Positions 37,360-51,311 of a DNA stretch of 56,018 nt are shown piece after piece. The notes beneath the pieces are model-generated. The model did no database searches. It was not told the DNA's origin and saw only the letters and a list, made by a program, of their open reading frames with translations. The position numbers were made by a program, and so were the translations under genes. The DNA comes from Chloroflexota bacterium (GTDB lineage Bacteria > Chloroflexota > Anaerolineae > Anaerolineales > UBA4823). Position 1 is the stretch's first letter. Each line of letters opens with the position of its first letter. Location of the stretch: contig CP070764.1 of assembly GCA_020349245.1 (NCBI GenBank), positions 777,446-833,463 on the forward strand, in the 5' to 3' direction.

Positions 37360-37842
37360 CTATGCCCAGGATTTCAGGGATTCACCGCGCACTTTTTCGT
37401 GCAGCGTTAAAATTCCATGCACCAGTGCTTCCGGTCTTGGTGGACATCCAGCAACATACACATCAACCGGCATGATTTCATCAATACCCTGCACGATGGC
37501 ATAGTTGTTGAAAACACCGCCACAAGAGGCACAATCGCCCATCGAAACCACCCACTTCGGATCAGGCATCTGATCGTACAGCAACCGCAAGACGGGGGCC
37601 ATTTTCCGGGTGACGCGTCCGGAGATGATCATCAGATCGGATTGGCGCGGCGTTGCACGCATCAATTCCATGCCGAAGCGGCTCATATCGTGCTTGGCTG
37701 CTTGACCAGCCATCATTTCAATGGCACAACAGGCCAGCCCAAACAACATCGGCCACATGGCATAAGTACGCGCCCAATTTACAGCTTGCTCAAGGCGCAA
37801 GGTTACTGCGCCTAAATCACCTGCTTTCTGTTCTATTCCCAT
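37360..37842 (-). CDS. nuoB: NADH-quinone oxidoreductase subunit B
   Basis: [42 protein letters not shown]. Start at MGIEQK, overlapping the end of nuoA. Confidence 0.96.
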   Translation of the reverse strand: MGIEQKAGDLGAVTLRLEQAVNWARTYAMWPMLFGLACCAIEMMAGQAAKHDMSRFGMELMRATPRQSDLMIISGRVTRKMAPVLRLLYDQMPDPKWVVSMGDCASCGGVFNNYAIVQGIDEIMPVDVYVAGCPPRPEALVHGILTLHEKVRGESLKSWA

Positions 37843-38189
37843 TCCAATGCTCCTTTCTTCCAAGCATAAACATATCCAACCAATAAAATCAAAATGAAGA
37901 TGAGCATTTCGATTAATCCAAATAAACCCAACTGTCGGTAGGCAACCGCCCAAGGGTAAAAGAAAATCACCTCGATGTCAAAAAGGATGAATAACACAGC
38001 CACCAGGTAAAATCGGACTGGCAGACGGCGAGTTCCTGGTCCAATCGGGGTCATCCCCGATTCATACGGCTGAGACTTGCGACTAGTGGGACGCCGGGGG
38101 CCAAAGGCGTGACCAAGCACAACGACTAAACCCGCCAGCAAAACAGCAAGGATAAATAAGATGGCAAGTGGTAAATAATCGAAAAGCAT
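37833..38189 (-). CDS. nuoA: NADH-quinone oxidoreductase subunit A
   Basis: [32 protein letters not shown]. Start set at MLFDYL. Confidence 0.95.
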   Translation of the reverse strand: MLFDYLPLAILFILAVLLAGLVVVLGHAFGPRRPTSRKSQPYESGMTPIGPGTRRLPVRFYLVAVLFILFDIEVIFFYPWAVAYRQLGLFGLIEMLIFILILLVGYVYAWKKGALEWE

Positions 38190-38318
38190 AAGACATTCTC
38201 TGCGACTTAAAATAGTCAGGGGTAGTCGTATACCCCAAACTATCCTAACACCCTGGAAACCAGGGCTGATAATTTTAAGGAACGCCACCCCAGCCTTACC
38301 TTCTCAAAAAACTCACCT

Positions 38319-38347
38319 ATCTTATCACATGGTTAAGTAGGTGTCAA
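38319..38347 (-). promoter_or_regulatory. Sigma70-type promoter of the nuo operon
   Basis: Minus strand TTGACA (38347-38342), 17 nt, then TAAGAT preceded by TGn; about 130 nt upstream of nuoA. Confidence 0.7.
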
Positions 38348-38372
38348 ATTTCACAATCTGTTTCAGAAGGTG

Positions 38373-40331
38373 TCAATTTCTGCCGTTAATTATAGCCTTA
38401 ATATCAAAGATATACACACCTTCCTGTTCATAAACCAGCTCGATGCCAGCACAATTCTCAAATTGATCCGGTTGAATTGTCCCTTTATTTTCTGTCAGAT
38501 AGATGTGAGTCAAAGATTCCGCCGCTACCACCTGCCAAAATACTTCATTACAGCCTTCGATCTGGGTAACCAAATCAGCTCCCTGGTTTATATGGCTGAC
38601 ATAGGCTTGTTCTCCCATTCCATATAAGCCGTTCGGCAGGATCGCTAGCCTACTTGAAAGTGGGGTGATCCACCAGCCCCCATCCACTCCCCGGTAGTTA
38701 CCATACTGCCAGTGGGTTACATTTATCAAGAACCGGGCTTCCTGGGGCAGATGACGATCAATCCAATTGATCGCCTGCAGGTCTGCATCGCCTGCTAAAA
38801 TAGTTGCAGAATTGATCACCGTGCGCGTTTCCCACAAGCCCCAGGTGAGGAGTGCTCCAATAACGATCAAAATCAGTACCGTCTTCAGTGGCGCGATTTT
38901 GGCTGTCTGCCGCCAATCCACAGCACTGAGAAGGAAATCAGAAATTAGCATTGCCGTAGGGAGGAATAAGATGATTACCGCGTGATCGGGTCTGAAAGGT
39001 GCAATGTAAATTCCCACCGGCAAACTGAAAATGATCAGGGCGAGCGTCCATAATCCGAAACTACGGGTGCGCTGTCGTACCAAGGAGAGGACCAACCCGG
39101 GCAAAGCAGCGAATAATAGCACATGATTGCGCGTGGGACCTAATAAACGCCACAGGTAATCAAAATACTGCGGAAAATATAATCGATCCACCGCTTCCAA
39201 AGTTGGTTGAATGGAAACCAATTTAACCCCACCCTGAGCAAATCCCCACATGCGGTAAAGCCAGGGAGCCGCCATTATCAAACTGAGCAGGGTTGCCAAT
39301 AACACGGGCAACCAGGTAGTTCTCCCAGAAAATGCTTTTGCGCGGAAATCTCTAACCAAACTGAGGATGAAGACGATGATGAGAAAAGCCGCCAGCAACA
39401 AGCCAACATAATAATGCGCTAAGAGGATGCCAGCTGTAACCACGCTCAGGCTGAGCAGGCGCGATATTTTCTTCCCTTTGTTGAGGATATCCAGAACGAG
39501 TCCCATGGCAAGGGGTAGAAGCACCATCCCGGTTAATAATGTATAGCGCCCCCAGGTGAGGTAGTATGCAGGCATCTGGGTGACAAAGCCGACGAGGAGT
39601 GCACTCAACACCGCTCGACGCCAGTCAGCCCACAGGGCTTTGCCAAGCCTATAAACTGCTAATGCTATCGCAGCGTTGAGGGCTTGTCCCAGGTAGAGAA
39701 CAGCATCTTGGCTACTTTGGCCGGAAAATTCCCTGAAGACTGCTGTCAGGGCATGAAATGCATAATGGTAATAAAACGGAACTGGCATATACGGTTCGAA
39801 CGTTTTCGGTAAACCCCCGTTTTCCCCGATCAGGCTCACAATTTGAACATGGTGGACCGAGTCCACCCACAACGGGAGGACAACATCCTGGATTTGATAA
39901 AACCGCCAGGCAAGGATAGCCATGAAAGTTAGACCAAGAACGAGACAGGGCATCCAGGTTAATGGAGCTGATCGCCAGCTGGTTGCAGACCTGGAAAAAA
40001 CCTGCCCGGATCCGGGGTATCCAGCAACATGAACACCCCACTGTGCACGAGAAGAGCGATCTAACCACCATCGTCTTATACCCCAAATCGCGGGTGGAAC
40101 CAGCAAACAGTACAAAACCAGCAAGGTGATGGAAGAAACCTGCCAACCAACTAGATAGGCATACAAAGCAAATATACTGGTAGCCGAGATGCTAATCCCG
40201 AGGATATCGCCGAGGCGCTCAAACGCGTCCTGTTCCGGATCCCAAAATAAAACCAGCCAGGCCAAGCCTGGCAGGAAAAGCACCATAACCCCGGTAAAGA
40301 GGGTCCAGGTGGTGGAAAGGATGGATGTCAT
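38373..40331 (-). CDS. Polytopic membrane protein, GT-C glycosyltransferase-like (DUF6541-like)
   Basis: More than 12 hydrophobic segments; loop motif PLWVDSVHH; YHYAFH; WGRYT; soluble C-terminal domain (AINWI..LP...FL.N). Family call is tentative. Confidence 0.55.
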   Translation of the reverse strand: MTSILSTTWTLFTGVMVLFLPGLAWLVLFWDPEQDAFERLGDILGISISATSIFALYAYLVGWQVSSITLLVLYCLLVPPAIWGIRRWWLDRSSRAQWGVHVAGYPGSGQVFSRSATSWRSAPLTWMPCLVLGLTFMAILAWRFYQIQDVVLPLWVDSVHHVQIVSLIGENGGLPKTFEPYMPVPFYYHYAFHALTAVFREFSGQSSQDAVLYLGQALNAAIALAVYRLGKALWADWRRAVLSALLVGFVTQMPAYYLTWGRYTLLTGMVLLPLAMGLVLDILNKGKKISRLLSLSVVTAGILLAHYYVGLLLAAFLIIVFILSLVRDFRAKAFSGRTTWLPVLLATLLSLIMAAPWLYRMWGFAQGGVKLVSIQPTLEAVDRLYFPQYFDYLWRLLGPTRNHVLLFAALPGLVLSLVRQRTRSFGLWTLALIIFSLPVGIYIAPFRPDHAVIILFLPTAMLISDFLLSAVDWRQTAKIAPLKTVLILIVIGALLTWGLWETRTVINSATILAGDADLQAINWIDRHLPQEARFLINVTHWQYGNYRGVDGGWWITPLSSRLAILPNGLYGMGEQAYVSHINQGADLVTQIEGCNEVFWQVVAAESLTHIYLTENKGTIQPDQFENCAGIELVYEQEGVYIFDIKAIINGRN

Positions 40332-41951
40332 CTAGCCAAAATAGTCCCGCAGGTGGCGGCTACGAGTCGGGTGGCGCAATTTTCTTAAAGCCTTGGCTTC
40401 GATCTGGCGTACTCTTTCACGGGTGACATTGAAGTGCTGTCCAACCTCCTCCAGGGTGTGATCCTTGCCATCTATCAATCCAAAACGGAGCTCCAACACT
40501 TCCCGTTCTCGGTCAGAAAGCACAGCGAGTGCATTTTTTACCTGCTCGCGCAGCATTTCACGGGCAGCCGCGTCCATGGGCTCAAGCGCATCCTGATCCT
40601 CGATGAAATCTCCAAGCTGGCTGCTGTCTTCTGTCCCTACGGGGCTTTCCAAGGACATCGGCTCTTCAGAAGCCCGAATGATCCGGCTGACTTTATTCGC
40701 AGCACGCATCCAGCGCCGGCGTACATCTAGCGGAATTTGAGTTCCATCTGCATTCGCCTGGAGGATGACCTCAACATCTTGTGGTTCCATGAAACCGGCT
40801 TCCAAGGCGAGCTCATCGCTATTGGGTTCCCGACCCAAGGTTTGAATCAATTTACGCTGCGCACGCATCAAACGATTGATCGATTCAAAAACATGAACCG
40901 GAATGCGGATTGTACGCGCCTGGTCAGCGATCGAGCGGCTGATCGATTGGCGGATCCACCATGTTGCGTAGGTGCTGAATTTATATCCACGAGTCGGATC
41001 AAATTTTGCGACCGCCCGCAATAAGCCGATATTCCCTTCCTGGATGAGATCAAGGAAAGTGCTCCCACGGCCAATATATCTTTTGGCAACGCTCACAACG
41101 AGACGCAAATTTGCCCGGATGATTGCGTTGTGGGCGTCGCGAGCCCGGTAGCGAGCAAATTCAATCTCCTCCTGCAACAGCTCATCCTCGGGCAAGTGGC
41201 GGATATATGTTCTCGTGATCGGTAGCTTTCCATTACTCGCCAAATATTCGTCAAGGTAAATTGCGACCGAATCAGGCATCAGGTAAAGACAGACAAAGAC
41301 AGTGAACGCGTTGCGAGCAACAACATCCCATAAGGGATCGTTCCCCCATAATCCATTATCCAGGTAGGCGTGCAGATATGACGGTGTTTGGGAGATCCAG
41401 GTCTGTCGCAACATGCGTGCTTCACCCAGCATGAGCCGTAAATCTGGCAAGTCAAAACCCAGGCGGATCGTATCTTCCACAACCCGCTTCCAAGAGGTCA
41501 ATAATTCCTCATAAAGCGCTTTGAAGATTCCTTGATGAAGCGAGTCTCCCTTGCGGATCAAAGGATGCTGGCGAACAAGTGATTCCACTCGCCGAGAAGC
41601 TTCCATCTGGGTAGCCAACCAGAACTCTTGATCTGGTTCGAGAAGTTCAATACCCCCGATCTCTTTTAAATAAAGCCTGACCGGATCGTCACCCAGTTCA
41701 GCTGCCATGCTTGGATCTTCAAGCAGATCGGCTGGCTGTTCCTTGCGTATCTCGTCTAGTTCTTGTTCCTCGCGCGATAGCTCTTCTTCATCTGGTTCGC
41801 CTTCCTCATCCAATCCAGCTTCAGAAAGCTTCTCGGCAACATCATTCATTGGCAGAGTGCCTTCGCTCAGATCTTGCGGATCCTCCACAGAATCCCCCTT
41901 TCCGGAAGCCACCAGTTTGTCTAAGTCTCGCGAATCTGATTCTCGAGTCAA
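40332..41951 (-). CDS. rpoD: Primary RNA polymerase sigma factor (sigma70 family)
   Basis: Region 1.2 [11 protein letters not shown]; region 2 [35 protein letters not shown]; region 4 [28 protein letters not shown] start; follows dnaG. Confidence 0.93.
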   Translation of the reverse strand: MTRESDSRDLDKLVASGKGDSVEDPQDLSEGTLPMNDVAEKLSEAGLDEEGEPDEEELSREEQELDEIRKEQPADLLEDPSMAAELGDDPVRLYLKEIGGIELLEPDQEFWLATQMEASRRVESLVRQHPLIRKGDSLHQGIFKALYEELLTSWKRVVEDTIRLGFDLPDLRLMLGEARMLRQTWISQTPSYLHAYLDNGLWGNDPLWDVVARNAFTVFVCLYLMPDSVAIYLDEYLASNGKLPITRTYIRHLPEDELLQEEIEFARYRARDAHNAIIRANLRLVVSVAKRYIGRGSTFLDLIQEGNIGLLRAVAKFDPTRGYKFSTYATWWIRQSISRSIADQARTIRIPVHVFESINRLMRAQRKLIQTLGREPNSDELALEAGFMEPQDVEVILQANADGTQIPLDVRRRWMRAANKVSRIIRASEEPMSLESPVGTEDSSQLGDFIEDQDALEPMDAAAREMLREQVKNALAVLSDREREVLELRFGLIDGKDHTLEEVGQHFNVTRERVRQIEAKALRKLRHPTRSRHLRDYFG

Positions 41952-41967
41952 GAAAGTCCTCCGATCA

Positions 41968-43905
41968 TTATTGAATCATATGACTCGTATAAAAACCCAA
42001 CGCCCTGTCAAGCCTGTTACGAGCAGCAATATATTGAACCATTGTATTTTGGTATTCCACAAGATTATCCTCTGCGGTTATTTGAGGTTCCTCCATCAGG
42101 TACTGGATATGCTCGATCTGCTGGTATAAACGGCGCTGGCGCAGAACTAAGACTGTACGCACCAGATCTTCGAGCACTTTATCTTCATTGGGATCCAAAT
42201 TATCTGTCTTCATCAGCAGCTGATCAACTAATTCCATGAGGGGTAATGACAAGCTATTTTGGACAAAAAGCTCGGGCTCAGCATGGTCTTGTTTCAAAGA
42301 TTCATCAACTAGCTGCAGTAAAGCCTGGTGATCTCCAGATTGGAAGTCATTGATTGATAGCCGGTTAAGCCCATTCTCCTGCAAGGCTCGATCAACTTTA
42401 TAAACCAGCTCCGGACGGCGTAGCAACACACCCAGGCAATGTGATTCTAGTAAATCCGGAGTAGCATGGATCGGCAGGTCCTCCTTGCGTGACCCTCGAA
42501 TCTCAACTTCTGCAGAGTCCTTGCGAGTCAATGGACGCCGCGGCCTCCTGGCTACTGTCGCCTCCGTAAATGCCCGCTCATTGACCTTAATCAGCCTTGC
42601 CAATCGCTGGCGGTATGCTTCACGCTCCACAGAATCGGGGACATCTGCAATCAGCGGTAATACCTGATTTGCTATGCGGGATTTTACTTTCGGGTCATCG
42701 AGGTTCTGGTCTCTGACCAGAGTTTCCATAACATGGATCACAATAGGACGTGCTTCAGAAATAATTCGCTCCCAATTCGCAGTATCCTGCATAACGACCT
42801 CATCAGGATCCAAACCCTCTGGTAATGTCGTTACACGAATATCTGCATTGAGCCGGGCTTCATTGCCCAACATTCCCCTCGCATCGAAAACCGGGTCAGC
42901 TTCCCGGTCGAGCGATTGCCGGGCAATTTCCAGACCTCTCAGGGTGGCTTTATCGCCCGCGGCATCCGCGTCCAATGCCAGGACCATGTTCCTTGAAAAA
43001 CGTTTCAACAATCTCAGCTGGTATTCCGTGAGAGCTGTTCCCATCGGAGAAACCGCGTTGGGAAATCCTTCCTGGTGCAGGGTGATCACATCCAGATATC
43101 CTTCCACGATCACGACCTGGCTTTGCTTGCGGATTTCCTTTTTTGCTTTATCCAGACCGTAGAGGAGGTGGCTTTTATCGAACAGTACCGTCTGTGGTGA
43201 GTTGAGGAACTTCGGTACATCCTCAGGATTGATGATCCGGGCGCCAAATCCTGCCATGCGGCCACGCTCATCTCGTATCGGGAACATAATCCTGTGTCGG
43301 AACCGATCGTAAACCGCTGATCGATCATCACCATCTGCTTCCTCGCGCACCGAGACCAATCCGCTGGCAATGATATCCTCCTGACTGTATCCCTTGGAGC
43401 TGAAGTGGTTGAAACCAGCCTCCCAAGAATTGGGGGCATACCCGAGACCGAACTCCTCAATAGTTCGATCGTTCAATCCGCGTTCCTGGTGGAGATAATC
43501 CAAAACCGGATTACCTGCCGGCGTGTTGAGTAAATTGTGACGAAAGAAGGCGACTGCATCTTCGAGCAGCTTTCTGAGATGTTCATGCTCTTCAGCTTCT
43601 TCCTGCTGAGTAGGACTCAATGGCCTGAGTTCAACCCCCGCTTTCTCAGCTAGATTTCGCAGGGCTTCGCTAAAATCCCAACCTTCTTTCTTCATCACGA
43701 AACCAAAGATATCACCGCCCTCATTGCACTGGCCGAAACACCGCCACGAGGCAGTTTCAGGAAAAACAACGAATGCTGGCGTGCGGGTATTGCTGTGGAA
43801 GGGACAAAAACCAGTATAATTCTTCCCTGATTTCCGCAGCTGCACGGTCTCAGAAACTAAATCTACAATATCAATCCGGTTCTTGATCTCATCTATCGTG
43901 GACAT
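41968..43905 (-). CDS. dnaG: DNA primase
   Basis: Zn finger CPFH..TP.F..CFG.C, DRFR.RIMFPI, K.LNSP, Toprim VEGYLD, DADAAG, DPDE. Confidence 0.97.
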   Translation of the reverse strand: MSTIDEIKNRIDIVDLVSETVQLRKSGKNYTGFCPFHSNTRTPAFVVFPETASWRCFGQCNEGGDIFGFVMKKEGWDFSEALRNLAEKAGVELRPLSPTQQEEAEEHEHLRKLLEDAVAFFRHNLLNTPAGNPVLDYLHQERGLNDRTIEEFGLGYAPNSWEAGFNHFSSKGYSQEDIIASGLVSVREEADGDDRSAVYDRFRHRIMFPIRDERGRMAGFGARIINPEDVPKFLNSPQTVLFDKSHLLYGLDKAKKEIRKQSQVVIVEGYLDVITLHQEGFPNAVSPMGTALTEYQLRLLKRFSRNMVLALDADAAGDKATLRGLEIARQSLDREADPVFDARGMLGNEARLNADIRVTTLPEGLDPDEVVMQDTANWERIISEARPIVIHVMETLVRDQNLDDPKVKSRIANQVLPLIADVPDSVEREAYRQRLARLIKVNERAFTEATVARRPRRPLTRKDSAEVEIRGSRKEDLPIHATPDLLESHCLGVLLRRPELVYKVDRALQENGLNRLSINDFQSGDHQALLQLVDESLKQDHAEPELFVQNSLSLPLMELVDQLLMKTDNLDPNEDKVLEDLVRTVLVLRQRRLYQQIEHIQYLMEEPQITAEDNLVEYQNTMVQYIAARNRLDRALGFYTSHMIQ

Positions 43906-44149
43906 AATCCGCCTGAATTTATCTTTAGAAACCTAAATCCTTAAACACTCGAGGCTTTGATTCGGTTTTGTTTACCTTAATTTACAGGCATCTCCTTGCT
44001 GTCTTTGATGATTTTGAGGGGGATTCATTATACCAGTTGCCTGGAAACTTATCGCCAGATGAGCACAACCCTTCAGGGTTATTAGCTGCACTCTCAAAGG
44101 GTGAGAAATACCACTTTTCAAAACTGAAAACAATTATAATAATTTTAGG

Positions 44150-44707
44150 ATGAATATTGCCCCTTACGATGAAGCATATATCTCTGTGGATGTTGAAACC
44201 GCGGGTCCCATTCCCAGCCAGTACTCCCTGCTCTCCATCGGCGCCTGCACGATATATACACCGCAGAAGTCTTTTTACGTAGAACTGCAACCGTTCAATG
44301 ACCTGATGCTCCCGGACACCTTTGAAATCCATGGGCTTGATTTCGAAGGATTAAAAAAAACCGGGCTTCCGCCTATTGAGGCTATGGCTCTCTTCGATGC
44401 TTGGCTTAAAGAGGTTGTACCAGCCGATCGGATGCCAGTATTTGTAGCCTTCAATGCACCCTTCGATTGGATGTTTGTCTCCGAGTACTTTCTGCGCTAT
44501 TTAGGTCAAAACCCCTTTGGGCATGCCGCACTGGATATCAAGGCATACTACATGGGGATAACAGGATCTACCTGGAAAGAAACATCCATGAAGCATGTCT
44601 CGAAAGACTACTTGGACGGCAGAGAGATCAGCCACAACGCCGAAGAAGACGCTCTAGACCAGGCAGTCATATTTTCCCGTTTATTCAGAACAGCAAACAG
44701 ACCATAA
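44150..44707 (+). CDS. DEDDh 3'-5' exonuclease (DnaQ/RNase T-like)
   Basis: ExoI SVDVETAG, ExoII AFNAPFDW, ExoIII HNAEEDA. Confidence 0.88.
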   Translation: MNIAPYDEAYISVDVETAGPIPSQYSLLSIGACTIYTPQKSFYVELQPFNDLMLPDTFEIHGLDFEGLKKTGLPPIEAMALFDAWLKEVVPADRMPVFVAFNAPFDWMFVSEYFLRYLGQNPFGHAALDIKAYYMGITGSTWKETSMKHVSKDYLDGREISHNAEEDALDQAVIFSRLFRTANRP

Positions 44708-44869
44708 CTACTGTAACAATTTGCAGTGCATTTCGGTTTAACCTATAGTTTTGTGGATAAGGTAGTAGTTTATCTTAGCCAACGGCTGCCGCCACACTTG
44801 AGAAACACTTTATCGTCTGAACCACCGTTCTTATCAAGAAATCAGGATAACTTACAGGAGAAACGAAGA

Positions 44870-46201
44870 ATGAAAGACACCGATTCATCCAAACCTTCGA
44901 TGGAACTGAAGATGATTATTGAATCAGCCAAGCAGCTCGGCGTGGAGATCAGCGAAACCGAAGCACTGCAGTGGTTATCGGCGATGGCAGCTGAAACCGA
45001 TACAGAAATTTCGATGGACCTCGAGACAGGTGTATTTGGGCACAAAGTAGTCATGTTGGATTTCAGCCCCACTGAGCTGGCCCGCTTCAGGGAGATCGGT
45101 CGCCTGGTTGAGTTCAAGGACCAGCCAGGGGTAGTGGAAACCGCTCTGGCTCTGTCTGGCTCGTCTGCCCAATCCAAGATTCAAACTTATCCAGGAGATT
45201 GCGATTATTTCGAACGGGTTAATATTATCGCCGACACCCGTGAAGAAGCCTGCCGGATTCTCGCCAAGATCATGCGGGAAAAAGCATTGGAAACGCTCAA
45301 AGGACCCACCTGGCAGCTGATCGAAGTCAAGTTCGGTTCACACCCAGAAGACATGGTCAAAGGGGACGAGTTTATAAACAAGGGCTCCCCGATTTCGTGG
45401 GCTCCAAACGAGATCGAAGCTGGCAAAATTGAAGGGTTCCACCCCGATGGCACAGAAGCGGTTGTCCAATGGGATGAGGCTGCACTGGATCCCGGTTGGT
45501 GCAAATTAGATTGGGTGATCGCTGATCCAGCGCGAGGAAAACTGGCGAACGCAAGCAACATGCTCGATGTAACCTGGGAAGCCCCGGATAGCAGCATCAC
45601 CCCGCTGGATAATTACCTGGATGCGTATTTCCAGGAAGTCTACCTGGAGGCAGAGTCGGTGCCCATTTTTTCCAAGCTGATGAAACATGTCTCCCCGGAT
45701 GCCCTGGACGATTATGTCGCCCAGCTTGAAAAAGAGGTTAACAAGTACCTCACCAAAGACGTCAATTATGGTAAAGCCGCCAAACGAATGTACAACGTAT
45801 TTCGATTAACCGGTCGCTATGAAGAGGCTGCCTTTTTGAGGGAACTGTTCGATGAGCCGACAACCATGCTGTACCAAGTGTGGTCACTGATCCGCACTAT
45901 CGACGATAGTTTCTTCCCCGGATCACAGATTTCAATGGATCACGTGCTCCAGCAGGCAGATCATTTGATCATGTCTGTCATTGAAGCGTTGGAAGGGGAA
46001 CAAGAAACGGAGATCGTGCGCCGTCTGCTCACCCTGCGCGACAGCCTGACCCGCCAGGATTCTACCGATCATCTATCCGCAGAAGCAGAAGCAGCCCGGG
46101 AACATGTGATCAATATTGTCAACAATTTCTTCTATGAGAAGTTAAACTCGATTCCCACCATTAAATCCTATATGGATGAGTTTAACCACCAAGAATCCTG
46201 A
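44870..46201 (+). CDS. Uncharacterised protein with a Pol-beta superfamily nucleotidyltransferase signature
   Basis: LSGS-x11-DCD-YF matches hG[GS]x9-13Dh[DE]h; candidate third Asp in CKLDWV; helical C-terminus. Start at ATG 44870 after AGGAG. Confidence 0.6.
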   Translation: MKDTDSSKPSMELKMIIESAKQLGVEISETEALQWLSAMAAETDTEISMDLETGVFGHKVVMLDFSPTELARFREIGRLVEFKDQPGVVETALALSGSSAQSKIQTYPGDCDYFERVNIIADTREEACRILAKIMREKALETLKGPTWQLIEVKFGSHPEDMVKGDEFINKGSPISWAPNEIEAGKIEGFHPDGTEAVVQWDEAALDPGWCKLDWVIADPARGKLANASNMLDVTWEAPDSSITPLDNYLDAYFQEVYLEAESVPIFSKLMKHVSPDALDDYVAQLEKEVNKYLTKDVNYGKAAKRMYNVFRLTGRYEEAAFLRELFDEPTTMLYQVWSLIRTIDDSFFPGSQISMDHVLQQADHLIMSVIEALEGEQETEIVRRLLTLRDSLTRQDSTDHLSAEAEAAREHVINIVNNFFYEKLNSIPTIKSYMDEFNHQES

Positions 46202-46215
46202 GGGTGTATCTCTCT

Positions 46216-49269
<3,054 letters not shown>

Positions 49270-49454
49270 ATCGGATTGTAATTCTCTGAAGATTTTTTTC
49301 GTTTTCGTAAACGATTAATGAATTATAACCTCTCGGGTAGCCTAGAATCTCTCCGCAGATCATCGATTTCCCAGGCTCCAATCACGGTTAGAGTCCCTGC
49401 TATAAATGGTCAGCTGCAAAGAATTCAAAAAAATAAGGAGGCGGATCCTGGCTT

Positions 49455-51308
49455 TCAATCTGTTGCTGGTACAGCTTCTGCCGGGGAGGTCTCGGCAAAT
49501 GTCTGCGAGGTGAAGTAGGAGAGCACATAGCCAATCACCCCAGCCAGGAGGGAGGCCAGCAAAATGCCTGCCTTGGCCTGATCCAGCAGCTCTGGATTTC
49601 CCCGAAATGCATTGCCGGCGATGAAGAGGGACATGGTAAAACCAATCCCAGCCAGCCAGCTGGCGCTGAATACCTGCCGCAAGCTCACATTTCTCGGCAT
49701 ATCACCCAAGCCCAAGCGAACAGCAAGCCAGGTAAACAAGGTAATTCCGACTGACTTCCCGATCACAAGACCCAGCACAACCCCAATACTGACCATGCTG
49801 ACCAGGCTCTGGTCTAATTTCAGAGTAACTCCGGCATTCGCCAGGGCAAAAATCGGTAAGATCAGATAGGTTGTCCAGGGAAGCAGGCTGTGCTCTAAAC
49901 GCTGTGCCGGCGATTGCATGCGGTCAGCGACGGTTTCCAGAGTTTGAGCTGCGACCTGGGTGCGATTGGCCGTCTGGGCGCTCGGCAGTTCAAATTCACT
50001 CAGAACAGATACACATTGAGCCAGCAGCGCCTTTGTATCCGGTGCCCCCCAGGTAGGTATGGTGGCAGCTAACAGGACACCAGCAATGGTCGGGTGGATG
50101 CCTGAATCCAGGAATGCCAACCAGAGAGCGATACCCAGGAGTGCGTATGGTAAAGGCGAGTAGACCCGAGCCCTGTTCAATCCGATCAACACCAGCAGGA
50201 TCACCGCGGCGATCAGCAAGCTGATCCAGTGGACATCAGACGAATAAAATATCGCCAATACGAGGATCGCCCCAAGGTCATCCGCGATGGCCAGCGCAGT
50301 AAAAAAGATCTTGATCGAAAGCGGAGCCCTGCTGCCCAGGAGAGCCAGGACACCCAAGGTAAAAGCGATATCGGTGGCCACGGGGATTCCCCAGCCTGGT
50401 TCACCAGGTCCTCCAGCGTTGAAAATCAAATAGATCCCCGCTGGCACGACCATGCCACCGAGTGCTGCTGCCAGCGGCAGAATCGCCCGCCGGGGTCTCG
50501 ATAACTCTCCGATCGTCAGTTGCCTTTTTATCTCCAAGCCGACAACGAAGAAAAATATCACCATCAATCCATCGTTAATCCACTCGATGAGTGGTAAACC
50601 AAATATGAATTGGCCAAATCCGAGCTCCAGTTCGGTTTCCCAAAAATGGAAATAAGATTCCGCAGCGGCTGAGTTTGCCCATAACAGGGCGATCAGAGCG
50701 CTGATCAACAAGAGAATACCGCCAGATGCCTCGATGCGCATAAATTCCTGGGCTAATCTCCTGACCTGGACTCCGAGGGGTTTTTCGATCGCTTCTAAAA
50801 GCGATTCCAGGTCCCAGGCGCCATCATAGCGGTCGCCATTGATGAAAAATGTGGGCGTGCCGTTGACACCGCTGAGCACCCCATCGTGGAAATCGTCTTT
50901 CACCCGTCCGGCATACACGTGATCTTCTAATTCCTGCTTGAAACGCTCTTGGTCGAGTTCCAATTCAGCAGCATAAGCCATCAGGTGATCTAATTCCAGG
51001 GCTTCTTGGTGCTCCAGGATGAATTCCAGCATCTCCCAGAATTTTCCCTGGGCTCCAGCAGCTTCAACCGCTTCAGCAGCCAGCTGGGCATGGACGTGGG
51101 AGGATCTGATCGGAAAATGGCGGAATACATATCGCAGCCTGCCCCCCATCCGCTCACGCAGTTCGCGGATTACGGGGTTTACCTGCCGGCAGTATGGACA
51201 CTCGAGATCACCGTACTCCACCAGGGTAATCGGAGCATCATCTGGACCCAGCACATGGTCGCCTTCACTTACCGGTTGCACCAGTTTTGATGTTGTTTTC
51301 GTGGCCAT
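49455..51308 (-). CDS. nhaA: Na+/H+ antiporter NhaA with an N-terminal DsbA/thioredoxin-like domain
   Basis: N-terminal EYGDLECPYC..YVFRHFP..GTPTFFING; NhaA motifs WINDGLM..FFF.VGLEIKR, ATDIAF, LAIADDLGAI, GIGFTMSLFI. Confidence 0.92.
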   Translation of the reverse strand: MATKTTSKLVQPVSEGDHVLGPDDAPITLVEYGDLECPYCRQVNPVIRELRERMGGRLRYVFRHFPIRSSHVHAQLAAEAVEAAGAQGKFWEMLEFILEHQEALELDHLMAYAAELELDQERFKQELEDHVYAGRVKDDFHDGVLSGVNGTPTFFINGDRYDGAWDLESLLEAIEKPLGVQVRRLAQEFMRIEASGGILLLISALIALLWANSAAAESYFHFWETELELGFGQFIFGLPLIEWINDGLMVIFFFVVGLEIKRQLTIGELSRPRRAILPLAAALGGMVVPAGIYLIFNAGGPGEPGWGIPVATDIAFTLGVLALLGSRAPLSIKIFFTALAIADDLGAILVLAIFYSSDVHWISLLIAAVILLVLIGLNRARVYSPLPYALLGIALWLAFLDSGIHPTIAGVLLAATIPTWGAPDTKALLAQCVSVLSEFELPSAQTANRTQVAAQTLETVADRMQSPAQRLEHSLLPWTTYLILPIFALANAGVTLKLDQSLVSMVSIGVVLGLVIGKSVGITLFTWLAVRLGLGDMPRNVSLRQVFSASWLAGIGFTMSLFIAGNAFRGNPELLDQAKAGILLASLLAGVIGYVLSYFTSQTFAETSPAEAVPATD

Positions 51309-51311
51309 CAC

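Noticed and set aside
35589-37842. Group 4 NiFe-hydrogenase instead of complex I
   Set aside because: NuoD lacks the CxxC Ni ligands and the NADH module nuoEFG is present.
37843-38288. Long N-terminal extensions of nuoB and nuoA in the ORF track (likewise nuoG, acnX large, the MFS, the P-loop gene and the NTase)
   Set aside because: They come from upstream alternative start codons; family N-termini and RBS positions support the shorter starts.
44150-46201. Canonical CBASS operon
   Set aside because: No recognisable effector (patatin, SAVED, TIR, 2TM/4TM) or Cap2/Cap3 gene is adjacent, and the NTase does not clearly match CD-NTases by eye.
49270-49454. T-box riboswitch upstream of glyQS
   Set aside because: No T-box consensus (GGTGGNACCGCG) or terminator/antiterminator is visible.
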